Shown in pieces: positions 19,870 through 30,000 of a stretch of DNA of 64,000 nt. The notes below the pieces were generated by a model, which was given only the letters and a program-made list of their open reading frames with translations, was not told the DNA's origin and did no database searches. Within the stretch, counting starts at the first letter, position 1; every line of letters begins with the position of its first letter. This stretch comes from Ignavibacteria bacterium. GTDB lineage: Bacteria; Bacteroidota; Ignavibacteria; Tepidaquicellales; OLB5. Location of the stretch: positions 8,389 through 72,388 of the forward strand of contig JAUQWQ010000076.1 of the NCBI GenBank assembly GCA_030835085.1. Direction: 5' to 3'. Made by a program: the position numbers and the translations under genes.

Positions 19870-20049
19870 TTATTGAAAAACTATGTCAAATTGGGGATGC
19901 TCTGAATAATGCATGATAAGGGGAATTCTGTTTTTTGTAGATTTTACTTTACCATAATTATGTTGTTTAAGCCTGCTTTCAATATTACCTGTTGAGCCAT
20001 AGTAATATTTGTTATCCTTCAGGCTTTTGAGAATATAAACGAAATACAT
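19870..20049 (-). CDS. GIY-YIG nuclease family protein, short/truncated (59 aa)
   Basis: Hand translation gives MYFVYILKSLKDNKYYYGSTGNIESRLKQHNYGKVKSTKNRIPLIMHYSEHPQFDIVFQ*. GIY/YYG and RLKQHN motifs are present, but the C-terminal helix with the conserved Glu is missing. Below the 60-aa ORF-track cut-off. Its ATG lies 4 nt from the tRNA-Ser 3' end. Confidence 0.55.
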   Translation of the reverse strand: MYFVYILKSLKDNKYYYGSTGNIESRLKQHNYGKVKSTKNRIPLIMHYSEHPQFDIVFQ

Positions 20050-20053
20050 TTTG

Positions 20054-20140
20054 CGGAGAAGGTGGGATTCGAACCCACGATACCCTTGCAGGTATACTAC
20101 CTTTCCAGGGTAGCCTCTTCAACCACTCGAGCACCTCTCC
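20054..20140 (-). tRNA. tRNA-Ser (anticodon GGA)
   Basis: An 87-nt cloverleaf folded by hand: acceptor GGAGAGG/CTTCTCC, anticodon loop CTGGAAA, long variable arm, T-loop GTGGGTTCGAATCCCAC, discriminator G. No encoded CCA. Confidence 0.9.
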
Positions 20141-20151
20141 TGAACAGAATG

Positions 20152-20177
20152 AAACAAGGGGTTACAACCCCTTGTTT
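20152..20177. other. perfect 10-bp hairpin between the two tRNA genes
   Basis: aaacaagggg-ttacaa-ccccttgttt. Possibly a processing or termination structure of the tRNA transcript. Confidence 0.4.
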
Positions 20178-20189
20178 ATAATATGTTTG

Positions 20190-20271
20190 CGGAGAGCGAG
20201 GGACTCGAACCCCCACAGGCTTGCGCCCGGCGGTTTTCAAGACCGCTGCAATACCATTATGCGAGCTCTCC
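20190..20271 (-). tRNA. tRNA-Ser (anticodon UGA)
   Basis: 82-nt class II tRNA: acceptor GGAGAGC/GCTCTCC, anticodon stem-loop GCGGT-CTTGAAA-ACCGC, 15-nt variable arm, T-arm GGGGGTTCGAGTCCCTC, discriminator G. Confidence 0.85.
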
Positions 20272-20288
20272 TCTGTAATGATAATTAT

Positions 20289-20296
20289 CAAATATA
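20289..20296 (-). promoter_or_regulatory. Bacteroidetes-type -7 box (TATATTTG on minus strand) for the tRNA-Ser pair
   Basis: Plus-strand caaatata is TATATTTG on the minus strand, about 18 nt upstream of the tRNA 5' end at 20271. Confidence 0.45.
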
Positions 20297-20486
20297 CTCA
20301 TTTTTTATATTTTGTAAAACCCTCTTTCTTATCCGGTTTCCGGGTTGCATCATGCACTATTAACTTATGTTCACATTTATTCTATATGTTCATTTTTTGA
20401 TGTTTATCTTATTAGCTCGCTTTGCATTGAAAAAGCATTAAAATTGAGTTATTTATGTAATATTATTATAACTTATAAGTGTTTTT

Positions 20487-22205
20487 ATGAAAAGTTTCAG
20501 TGATTTAAAAAGAAATCTGAAAAAAGACTTTTCTGCGCTGCCGGTTAAGAAAGTTGCAGTGCTGGGAGATACTTCAACGCAGTTTCTTGTGCAGGCAATC
20601 AAAGGTATTGGTTTTGATGAGGGTATCAATCTGGATATTTTTGAAGCAGAATATGACCAGATAGATCACGAAATATTTGACTCCGGTTCTGACCTGTATT
20701 CTTCAAACCCAGATTATGTGATCATTTTTCAGTCTTCCCTGAAACTTTTAAGCAGGTATAACAAATTACCTGAAGAACAGAAAAAAACATTCGCAGCTGA
20801 TACGCTTGTACATTTAAATGAACTCTTTACTATCATAAACAGCAGGATACCTGCGAGAATTATATTCTTTAACTTTGCCGAAATAAACGATAATGTTTTC
20901 GGAAACTTTGCTAATAAACTTGATTTTTCATTCATCTATAATTTACGGAAGATCAATCTGGGTCTAATGGATATGTGCAGGGAATTAAAATACCTGTTCA
21001 TTAATGATATGAACCTGCTGCAAAGCAATTATGGATATGACAGATCATTTGACGCCAAGTTATACATAACCGTCGATATGGTACTCAGTCTGGATTTTAT
21101 CCCTTTTGCAGCAAAAAGTATTGTAGATATTATACTTTCACTTTCCGGAAAAGTTAAAAAATGCATTATACTTGATCTTGATAATACTATGTGGGGCGGA
21201 ATAATTGGTGATGACGGAGTAGAAAACATACAGATAGGTGATCTTGGCATAGGTAAAGCTTTTACACAGCTGCAATACTGGGTTAAACAGCTTAAACAAA
21301 GAGGAATAATTTTAGCTGTAAGCAGTAAAAATGACCATGATGTTGCAAAAAGCGCTTTTGATAATCACCCTGATATGGTACTGAAGTATGAGGATTTCGC
21401 AGTATTCAAAGCTAACTGGAACAATAAGGCTGAAAATATTAAAGCTATACAGGAATTTCTGAATATTGGTTTTGACTCAATGGTATTTCTTGATGATAAC
21501 CCGTTTGAAAGGAACCTTGTAAAATCTTTTATTCCGGAACTTACAGTTCCGGACCTGCCCGAAGACCCTGCTGAATACCTGGTTTATTTAAGTAAACTGA
21601 ACCTGTTTGAAACATCTTCATATTCCGAAGAGGATTCCGGCAGAAGCGATCAGTATAGAGTGGAATTTCAGCGCAGCCAGGTAAAAGAAGCTTTTACAAA
21701 TGAAGATGAATACCTCACCAGTCTTGAAATGACCTCAGAATTTAAACACTTCGATGATTATTCTATTCCACGGGTATCTCAGCTTACACAAAGATCAAAC
21801 CAGTTTAACTTAAGGACTCAGAGATATTCTGAAAATGATATTAAAATTATTGCAGCATCAGATGAATACCTTACATTTTCATTTACTTTAGAAGATAAAT
21901 TCGGTCATTATGGATTGATAAGTTTGATAATACTGCATAAAGAAAATGATTCTTTATTTATTGATACATGGATAATGAGCTGCCGCGTTCTGAAGCGCAC
22001 CATGGAAAATTTCGTTCTGAACAGTATTGTTAATGCGGCTAAAAGTAAAGGCTACACAAAGCTAATTGGTGAGTATATACCGACAGCCAAAAATAAAATG
22101 GTTAAAGATCATTACAGAGAACTTGGATTTTCGGAAATTGATGGTAAATGGGTGCTTGAAATAAATAATTATTCAGAAAAATTAACATTTATAAAAGAAA
22201 AATAA
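20487..22205 (+). CDS. FkbH-like / HAD-IIIC family protein (carrier-protein loading enzyme-like)
   Basis: 572 aa. HAD motif I ILDLDNTMWGG, motif II AVSSKND, motif III/IV K...FLDDNPFE. C-terminal GNAT-like region with IMSCRVLKR, typical of the FkbH family. Confidence 0.8.
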   Translation: MKSFSDLKRNLKKDFSALPVKKVAVLGDTSTQFLVQAIKGIGFDEGINLDIFEAEYDQIDHEIFDSGSDLYSSNPDYVIIFQSSLKLLSRYNKLPEEQKKTFAADTLVHLNELFTIINSRIPARIIFFNFAEINDNVFGNFANKLDFSFIYNLRKINLGLMDMCRELKYLFINDMNLLQSNYGYDRSFDAKLYITVDMVLSLDFIPFAAKSIVDIILSLSGKVKKCIILDLDNTMWGGIIGDDGVENIQIGDLGIGKAFTQLQYWVKQLKQRGIILAVSSKNDHDVAKSAFDNHPDMVLKYEDFAVFKANWNNKAENIKAIQEFLNIGFDSMVFLDDNPFERNLVKSFIPELTVPDLPEDPAEYLVYLSKLNLFETSSYSEEDSGRSDQYRVEFQRSQVKEAFTNEDEYLTSLEMTSEFKHFDDYSIPRVSQLTQRSNQFNLRTQRYSENDIKIIAASDEYLTFSFTLEDKFGHYGLISLIILHKENDSLFIDTWIMSCRVLKRTMENFVLNSIVNAAKSKGYTKLIGEYIPTAKNKMVKDHYRELGFSEIDGKWVLEINNYSEKLTFIKEK

Positions 22206-22208
22206 TTT

Positions 22209-22466
22209 ATGGATATTAAAACAGTATTAAGTGAGGTAACTTCAGTTTTTAAAGATGTACTTGATAATGACGATATTGAACTGCAAAATGAAACTACAGC
22301 CAATGATGTTGAAGACTGGGATTCACTTTCTCATATCCAGATAATTGTTGCTGTTGAAAAACATTTTAATATCCGTTTTACTTCGGGTGAAATACAGAAA
22401 TTTAAAAATGTTGGCGAAATGTGCGATGCCATATTAAAGAAGATACAGAATACTGCTGCAGAATAA
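22209..22466 (+). CDS. acyl carrier protein
   Basis: 85 aa, 3 nt after the FkbH-like gene. Phosphopantetheine-site motif EDWDSLSHIQIIVAVE. Confidence 0.8.
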   Translation: MDIKTVLSEVTSVFKDVLDNDDIELQNETTANDVEDWDSLSHIQIIVAVEKHFNIRFTSGEIQKFKNVGEMCDAILKKIQNTAAE

Positions 22467-22554
22467 GGAAAATTGTCTTAAACTTCAAACCTGAACATTT
22501 AATTTAACAATTATTGTGAAGCTTATGTATATTTTATATTATATTGATATATAG

Positions 22555-23379
22555 CTATATCACGGCCTTTTGGATCACGTAAAACCTGTTTGAAGATTTT
22601 ATGGGAAGAGTAAGATAATTGTGAGGAATTACTTCATTATACGTTACTTCAAACCCCATTGTTTTCAGTTCATTTATAAACTGTTCATCATCATCCCTGA
22701 AATTATAAAGATGGTCGAATTGAGGAATATCAACAGCTGTAGTCAGGGCTATTCTGCCTCCTGTTTTTAAAGATTTGTAACAAATTTTTAATAATTCATA
22801 CGGATCCTTAAGATGCTCAAGTATTTCTATAAGATATATAACATCGAAATAGTTCTCATTTTGGCCTGTATATAAAGATTTTTGTATTATTACATCTGAA
22901 AATTCCTTTAATAAAAAATCATTAACAGTAAGATCATATGCGTGTTTTTCGATGTGTTTTGTTTTTGTGAGCGATATTTCAAGGCCGGGTCCGATCCCAA
23001 TATACAAAGCTCTTTCTGCAAATTGCTGCTGATTTAACAATTCCATAATTCTGTAACGGTGTTTTGTAAACAAAACAGAAAGTAGCAGAGCAACATCATA
23101 TTCAATTCTGTTGAAAGATACTTTTCCTGGTTTTTCTTCTTCAAACGGATATTTACCTGTTTTGCAAAATGCTTTGAAATGTTTATTATACGCTGCAATA
23201 AAGGATGAATATGAAGAATTCAGCACTTCCGAAGTAAGCCCGTTATATTGTGAATATTTTTCAATATATAAAATTATTTCGTTATATAATTCAGCAGTAC
23301 GGATCTCCTCAGGGAGATTTTCATACAATATACTGAATAACCTGCTGGTATCTAAAAGGTTATCTAAGAATTTATTCAT
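22555..23379 (-). CDS. class I SAM-dependent methyltransferase
   Basis: 274 aa. Motif I-like ALYIGIGPGLE and post-I/II pattern (DVIYLIEILEHL, GGRIALTT). Confidence 0.7.
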   Translation of the reverse strand: MNKFLDNLLDTSRLFSILYENLPEEIRTAELYNEIILYIEKYSQYNGLTSEVLNSSYSSFIAAYNKHFKAFCKTGKYPFEEEKPGKVSFNRIEYDVALLLSVLFTKHRYRIMELLNQQQFAERALYIGIGPGLEISLTKTKHIEKHAYDLTVNDFLLKEFSDVIIQKSLYTGQNENYFDVIYLIEILEHLKDPYELLKICYKSLKTGGRIALTTAVDIPQFDHLYNFRDDDEQFINELKTMGFEVTYNEVIPHNYLTLPIKSSNRFYVIQKAVI

Positions 23380-23439
23380 TATTAATAAAATAAAATTTTT
23401 TTATTTGCAGCAAGCAGCATAAACTAAAGAACATAAAAT

Positions 23440-24471
23440 TTAAAACCCTAAATTTCTCAGGTTCTTAAAAAGAAATTCAGCGGTAACTTCATGTCCGTGT
23501 AAATTCCAATGTCCCTTTGTATTTGAACCTTTCCAGTAATCAATATTTTCCCCGTTATTACGGCACCTTTCAAACTCACCGGCAAGGTCAAATACCGGAA
23601 TATTTGAGTTTCTGATGATCCTGTTATAATTTTCTGAATATTCTTCTGACTTAACAAAGATATTCAAGGTTTGCCCGTTCTTATTTATATTTTCATAAAT
23701 TTTAATTATTACACTGTCAATTTCTATATATGGGTCTTCAGTAACATAGTTTGAGTTATTATGAATAACTGAAGGTTCTTTGTATAGTGAACCAAGTATT
23801 AATTTCCCCGGTGTGCTCAGCTGGTAAAATTCATATCCTCTTTTAAGCAGGTTGCCAATTGCTGTTAATCTGAGAAATTTATATCTTGTTCTTAACTTAA
23901 ACTGGCTGCTTTCAGCAAAACTGTAATCTGTTACCAGTGAATCATTTTGTAACCGATATTCAGGTCCGGGTTTATCATCTTTTGCTATAAAGGTATTTCC
24001 CCCGATAAAAATCAGATTAATATCAGGGTGAAATTCAGAAGCTATATATTTCTGAGTTGTATAAGCACCCCTGAAATCAATACCGCCCCTGCCAAAATTT
24101 AATATTTCAACTTTTTTCCCCGAAGCTGCTGAAAGCTTATCTTCAAGTAATTTTCTGAAATGCTGCCAGTCGAAAACTTCGAGACCCTGTACAATTGAAG
24201 CACCAATGAGTGCAATTCTTAAAGTATTCCCGTCTTTTTCTTTCGGATATCCCGGACCGAGATAACCATATTCGTTCACTCTACCCATACCAAACCCTTC
24301 ATTCAAAGATAAGTACGGGGCATTTGGCTTTCTTAACAGACCAAGTCTCGGATCATCATAAACCATTGACGGTAAAAATACTTCTGAAAAACGAAAAAAT
24401 ACTTCCAGGGCAATTATAGTTAATATAAATGCTGAAGAAAATTTTAATATTGAAAGTAATTTCTTTTTCAT
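23440..24471 (-). CDS. membrane-anchored SGNH/AlgJ/DltD-like putative acyl-/esterase-transferase
   Basis: 343 aa with an N-terminal TM. RIALIGASIVQG (Ser in a GDS-like block) and C-terminal NTKGHWNLHGH (the D/HW-type block seen in AlgJ/AlgX-type proteins). Starts 3 nt after the MBOAT gene. Confidence 0.5.
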   Translation of the reverse strand: MKKKLLSILKFSSAFILTIIALEVFFRFSEVFLPSMVYDDPRLGLLRKPNAPYLSLNEGFGMGRVNEYGYLGPGYPKEKDGNTLRIALIGASIVQGLEVFDWQHFRKLLEDKLSAASGKKVEILNFGRGGIDFRGAYTTQKYIASEFHPDINLIFIGGNTFIAKDDKPGPEYRLQNDSLVTDYSFAESSQFKLRTRYKFLRLTAIGNLLKRGYEFYQLSTPGKLILGSLYKEPSVIHNNSNYVTEDPYIEIDSVIIKIYENINKNGQTLNIFVKSEEYSENYNRIIRNSNIPVFDLAGEFERCRNNGENIDYWKGSNTKGHWNLHGHEVTAEFLFKNLRNLGF

Positions 24472-24474
24472 TTT

Positions 24475-25896
24475 TCAGAATTGAAAATATACAAACGGCA
24501 TCGGTGAACTTTGGAGAATATATGGTATTATTACTAACCATAGGGCAAAACTTATCCCTATCATACTTGGTGTACTGAATTTCAATAAAAAAGCATGCGT
24601 TTTATATCTTATCTCAAGCAGGTCAAGGAAAAATGAAATAAACAAATAAGATAAAATTATTAATATTATTCTTCCGAAGAATTCACCTTCATGCCAGCTG
24701 AAGATCCTTCCCAAAATTATAAATACATCATTTACTGAAGCTGATTTAAAGAATATTAATGCAAATGTAAAAAAAATAAATACCATAAGCATACAAAGTC
24801 TGTCATATAAAACAGCGGGTATTTTCTGGCTTAGTTTTTTACGGAACTTCCTTGATAGTGCCTCATATACCAGAACAGAACCATTCAGTGCTCCGAAAAT
24901 AATATATGTCCAGCCGGCACCGTGCCATAAACCGACGAGAATAAAAGTAAAGAATAAAGAAAAAGCGACCGAAAATTTCCCCCAGTTACGCGTACTGATA
25001 GATAGCGGGATAAATACATAATCTCTGATGTATGTTGATAGTGATATGTGCCATCTGCGCCATAACTCGGTTACACTCTGTGAAAAATACGGCTGCTCGA
25101 AATTTTCCATAATATTGATACCAAACATTTTAGCGGTGCCGCGCGCAATATTGGTATACCCTGAAAAATCCGCATAAATCTGAATTGTAAAGAGTATAAT
25201 TCCCATTATAAGTTCAATTGATGCGTAATAAGAAGGTTCGGCAAAGATCTGATTAACTATTTTACCTGCTGTATCACCTATAATTACTTTTTTAAACATA
25301 CCAAGGGTAATTAAAACGAATCCTTCTTTAAACTGAGAAAGTTCAAATCTGCGCTCATTTTTTAACTGCGGCAGAATATTTCTTGCTCTTTCGATAGGCC
25401 CGGCAAGGATCTGCGGGAAAAATGAAACAAATAATGCAACATCAATAATTGAATCAGAAGGTTCTGACTCACCCCTGTAAATATCCAAAACATATGTTAA
25501 TGCCTGAAAAGTATAAAATGAAATTCCAATAGGTAATATTAAATTAATATGAAGCCAGTCGAGATTACCTCCAAATACAGAAAATGCACTATTAAAGGAA
25601 TCAATAAAGAAATTATAATATTTGAATAATCCCAGAATTCCAAGATTGATAATTAAGCTTATATAAAGGAAGAATTTTTTTTTATTTTGTTCTTTACTTT
25701 CAAAAATATATTTACCGCATAAATAAACTGTTAATGTAGTTACTGCAAGCAATGAACAAAATCGCCAGTCCCAATATGCGTAGAATAGATAACTGCAAAT
25801 AAGAAGAAAAGGATTTTTGAGCTTTGAAGGTAAAAGATAGAATACGGGAATTACTACTAGAATGAAACTGAGATATGTGAACGAGTTAAATAGCAA
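24475..25896 (-). CDS. MBOAT family O-acyltransferase (AlgI/DltB/PatA-like)
   Basis: 473 aa, polytopic. Signature WRRWHISLSTYIRDYVFIPL with the conserved His. Confidence 0.9.
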   Translation of the reverse strand: MLFNSFTYLSFILVVIPVFYLLPSKLKNPFLLICSYLFYAYWDWRFCSLLAVTTLTVYLCGKYIFESKEQNKKKFFLYISLIINLGILGLFKYYNFFIDSFNSAFSVFGGNLDWLHINLILPIGISFYTFQALTYVLDIYRGESEPSDSIIDVALFVSFFPQILAGPIERARNILPQLKNERRFELSQFKEGFVLITLGMFKKVIIGDTAGKIVNQIFAEPSYYASIELIMGIILFTIQIYADFSGYTNIARGTAKMFGINIMENFEQPYFSQSVTELWRRWHISLSTYIRDYVFIPLSISTRNWGKFSVAFSLFFTFILVGLWHGAGWTYIIFGALNGSVLVYEALSRKFRKKLSQKIPAVLYDRLCMLMVFIFFTFALIFFKSASVNDVFIILGRIFSWHEGEFFGRIILIILSYLFISFFLDLLEIRYKTHAFLLKFSTPSMIGISFALWLVIIPYILQSSPMPFVYFQF

Positions 25897-25978
25897 ATAA
25901 TCAATATTTTATATGTAAAATCTGAATGCAATATATCATTATATTTTAAAAATATCTATTATGAAAAATTTATTAATT

Positions 25979-26794
25979 TTAATATACACTGAAATAAATG
26001 TATGGTGTTCCGTTTTGTGTTATGCACCGGTTATTGTAGTTAATGGAATCGTATACTTTCCATCCTCCTGAAATATCGAAATTGACTTTGCCTTTATATA
26101 TTCCGTTCCCTATATATACGGGATTCACGTTCCCTTCTGAAAAATGATTTAACGAGTCGAGTTTTGGGGTCAAATACATTTCTGCTGAATTTACCTGGGT
26201 GAAATTCACAAAATCAGGTGACTCATGCAGCAAACAGGAAAAATCGTTCAAACCTATTACCGGGATACTGGGTGATGTTAGTGTTATCAAATAACTCATC
26301 TGTGCATTTATATCAGTAAATATTTTGAATTTAGTTTTAGTATCCCATCCAACATCAAAGTTGGCTGAATCAATACTTAATTCATTATTATAATTATAAT
26401 AACCATACCACCTGCTTGATGTGTCAGAAGGCATAAGCATGATGATGTACCCGGCAAACATACCCAAAGCAGGGTCATAATTATACTGCGGCTCAACGGG
26501 AGTTGCGTGGAATTCTGTAGAGGTAAAATGAAACATCTTTGCATAGAATTTAACATAGCCGGTGGTTTTTTCATTATTATTTTCATATACCCTAAAGCCT
26601 ACTTTGTTGTAACCTGTCATTAAGGTGTCATTTCCTGTTGTCCAGATCTCAAACCTGGTATTTCCTTCTTCTGCTGTGATAATTTTCACGTAATTGTCAC
26701 CGGTTCCGTTTAACAACAATGGAACTGTATTATCACCGCACCCTGATAAAAGAAAAAGAAAACCGAAAAATACACAATAAATATATGATTTCAT
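25979..26794 (-). CDS. hypothetical lipoprotein
   Basis: ORF 25979..26851. Preferred start M20 (MKSYIYCVFFGFLFLLSGCGD), which gives a signal peptide and lipobox. Confidence 0.5.
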   Translation of the reverse strand: MKSYIYCVFFGFLFLLSGCGDNTVPLLLNGTGDNYVKIITAEEGNTRFEIWTTGNDTLMTGYNKVGFRVYENNNEKTTGYVKFYAKMFHFTSTEFHATPVEPQYNYDPALGMFAGYIIMLMPSDTSSRWYGYYNYNNELSIDSANFDVGWDTKTKFKIFTDINAQMSYLITLTSPSIPVIGLNDFSCLLHESPDFVNFTQVNSAEMYLTPKLDSLNHFSEGNVNPVYIGNGIYKGKVNFDISGGWKVYDSINYNNRCITQNGTPYIYFSVY

Positions 26795-27010
26795 GCCTTG
26801 ACCGTTTAGATTGCGTAAGTTAATAATACATAATTTAACATTTAATGACAATTTGAGTAAGTTTGAATTGCTTAGCTTAACTGATATACATCATTATAAA
26901 ACATGATTCTTATCGTTTATAATTAAATAACTTTTTACGGTTAGTTTAGTTAATTCTAACAAAAACTATATTTACACTGTGAATACTTATTAACCTTTGC
27001 TTTAACTTTT

Positions 27011-30000
27011 ATGAAAAAAATTATTTTACTTTTACTTATCAGCTTCTCTGCCACTATTCTTTATTCGCAAATAAGTTCATATAATTTCAGCAGTAATTCA
27101 GGGGTATATACTGAAATATCCGGGGGTACAGTATTGGGAACAACTGCCAATGATGAGCAGGTATTTAATAATAATACATCCGGGGAAACAGGTACCCAGA
27201 CTGATATTGGTTTTCCCATCGGTTTTAATTTTAACTTTAACGGTATAGTTTACGATAGGTTTGCTGTTAACAGCAACGGTTGGATAAAACTTGGCACAGG
27301 TACTTTTACGATCGGGAGTACAAATACTCCTATTAGCTATTCAGGTACAACCGGATTTGAAAATATTATATCACCAATGGGACGTGACCTGCAGGGCCAA
27401 ACAGGCTCTGAGCTAAGTTACCTGCTTACAGGGGCATCACCCAACAGAGTGTTAATAGTTCAATGGAAAAATTACAGGAAATATAATGCTGCATCCGGCG
27501 AGAATTACAATTTCCAAATCAGGCTTAATGAGAATAACTATATAATTCAATTTGTTTACGGTTCTGTTACAACTGCCAATACAAGTACATCAACTTCAAA
27601 TAATCCTACACAGCTTGGTATTCGCGGTTTGCTTAATTCAGATTATAAAAACCGTACCACTACCAGCAGCTGGTCTTCAAGTTCAGCAGGAACAATAAAT
27701 ACTGCAACAATGCGCCTTACGACTAGTGTAAAACCATCATCCGGTCTGACATATTCATTCACCCCGGCAAATATGTCATATGTTTCAAGTACTACTGTAA
27801 TAGCTGATACTTCATCTGTGAAAAAAAATTCCGTTAATAATCCTGTTATCAGAATACAGGTTGTAGTATCAGGCGTATTAAATCCTGTTTCGGTAACATC
27901 TCTTGTTTGCAAAACAAGCGGAACGAGCAGTAGTTCCGATATTACAAATGCACGTATTTGGTATACCGGTAATTCATCAGTTTTTTCTGCTGTACAGCAA
28001 TTTGGTTCAGTTATTGCCAATCCGGGCGGTACTATAAGTTTTAATGATACTGAGCTTCTTAACAGCGGTACAAATTACTTCTGGCTTACATATGATATTC
28101 CTTTAACAGCAGTTACGGGTAATTCAATTGATGGTGAATGCAGTTCAATTACCGTAGGCTCCTCAAGGACACCATCCACACAGGCACCCTCAGGTAACAG
28201 AAAGATAGCAAGCAGCCCTCTCTCGGGTATATATTCAATTGGACTTACAATGTTCAATTTCGTTACAGGGATGAACCTGCACTATCAAAAGATACAAAAG
28301 TCCTCAATAATTACCGGGTATAAAGGTAATTCAAATGAAAATATGAAACAGGAAAGCAAACTTGATCATTTTGATATATACAGTGATCTGAAAGAAACTG
28401 AATATTCCGCAAAAACAGATACATTTATTCTGATGGACGGGAATACGCAATATACTCAGGAGGGGTTTGCAGAAATAACTCCCCAAATAAGGAATAAACT
28501 TGGAAGTTCATTTTTAAATGATGAGATTAACGGAGTGTATTCTAGCCTTACGGCTGCAGTATCAGATCTCAATGCAAGGGGGATCCTGGGTCCCGTTCTT
28601 TTCAGCATGGTAGATGCTCTGTATAATACAGAAACATTTCCTTTGGTACTGAATGATATCAATGGTTCCGGTACGGTTAATACTATCACCATTAAGCCTG
28701 CCGAAGGTGTTAATGCACAAATAGTGATGACAACAGGCACATCGATTTTCAGAATATTTAATACCGGTAATATTACAATAGATGGTTCAAACACAGTTAA
28801 CGGCACAACCAGAAATCTGAGTATTATCAGCAATTATTCTAACTTATCGAATTGTATCTGGATAAGCTCTTCGGGAACTGCACCTGTTTCAAATATCACC
28901 ATAAAAAACTGTAATATAAAATCAGGCGAAAGCAGTCTTGGTTCTTCGTGTATTATTGTTTCTGATGGTTTGGTTGCCGGCAATCCTGGATATTTCACGG
29001 ATATAAACATATTCAATAATTTCATTCAGAAAGGAAGACAGGGAATTTACATAAACGGCGGCATACTTCCGCAAAACGGTTCAAATGTCTTCATATATGA
29101 TAATGTGATCAATTCCACCGGTACGGATGCAACCGGGTATCTTGGTATATACTTGCAGGGTGTAAATTTTGCTGTCATCAGGGATAACGAGGTGGCGAAC
29201 CTGAACAATACTTCTGCCGAAGATGATAAAGCTATATGGATTGCAAACGGGTCTCACAGCATCACTGCAGAAAGGAATAAGATTTACAACATAGGGTATT
29301 ACGGCAATTCAGGCCAGGGCGGTCATGGTATTTATGTTTCATCAAATCATTTGAATGCCGATGTGATCCTGAAAAATAATTTAATATACAATGTTTACGG
29401 AGATGGATGGAATCATAATGATGCATCATACTTTCTGGATAATCCTGCAGGCATAATGCTGTACTCATCATCTGCGCAAAGTGGTTTAAGCATATATAAT
29501 AATTCAATTAATCTGTACGGCAATACTTTAAACAGCGCGTCTTCTATTTCAAGCGGAATATTTGTTACAGCCCGGACAACTGTTGATATAAGGAATAATT
29601 CCATTACCAATAATCTGGGTGTTATCAGTGATTCTGCGTACGGGAGCTGTGCCGTATACGCGCAAACAAACTCGGAGCAATTTTTGAATATCGATTATAA
29701 CAATTATTATGTTAACCCGTCCGGAACGGGTGTAAAAGCTATCGGTAAAATATCGGGCAGCGGGTATTTAACACTTCCCGACTGGGTTTTGGCAACCTCG
29801 AAGGACAGAAGTTCACTGAGTTATAACCCGGGTTATACATCTGATGTGAATCTGTTTCCTGATGTAACAGGGGCAAATTGCTGGTCATTAAACGGCAGAG
29901 GCACACAATTAGCTGAAGTAAATAGTGATTATTCACTGAATACCAGGAGTACTTCAGCAGTAAACGGTGCACCTGATATCGGAGCTTATGAATTCACTCC

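Noticed and set aside
20190-20271. Second long-variable-arm tRNA as a possible tRNA-Sec
   Set aside because: The anticodon loop reads CTTGAAA, giving anticodon UGA (Ser, codon UCA) rather than UCA. The acceptor stem is the normal 7 bp rather than the extended Sec type.
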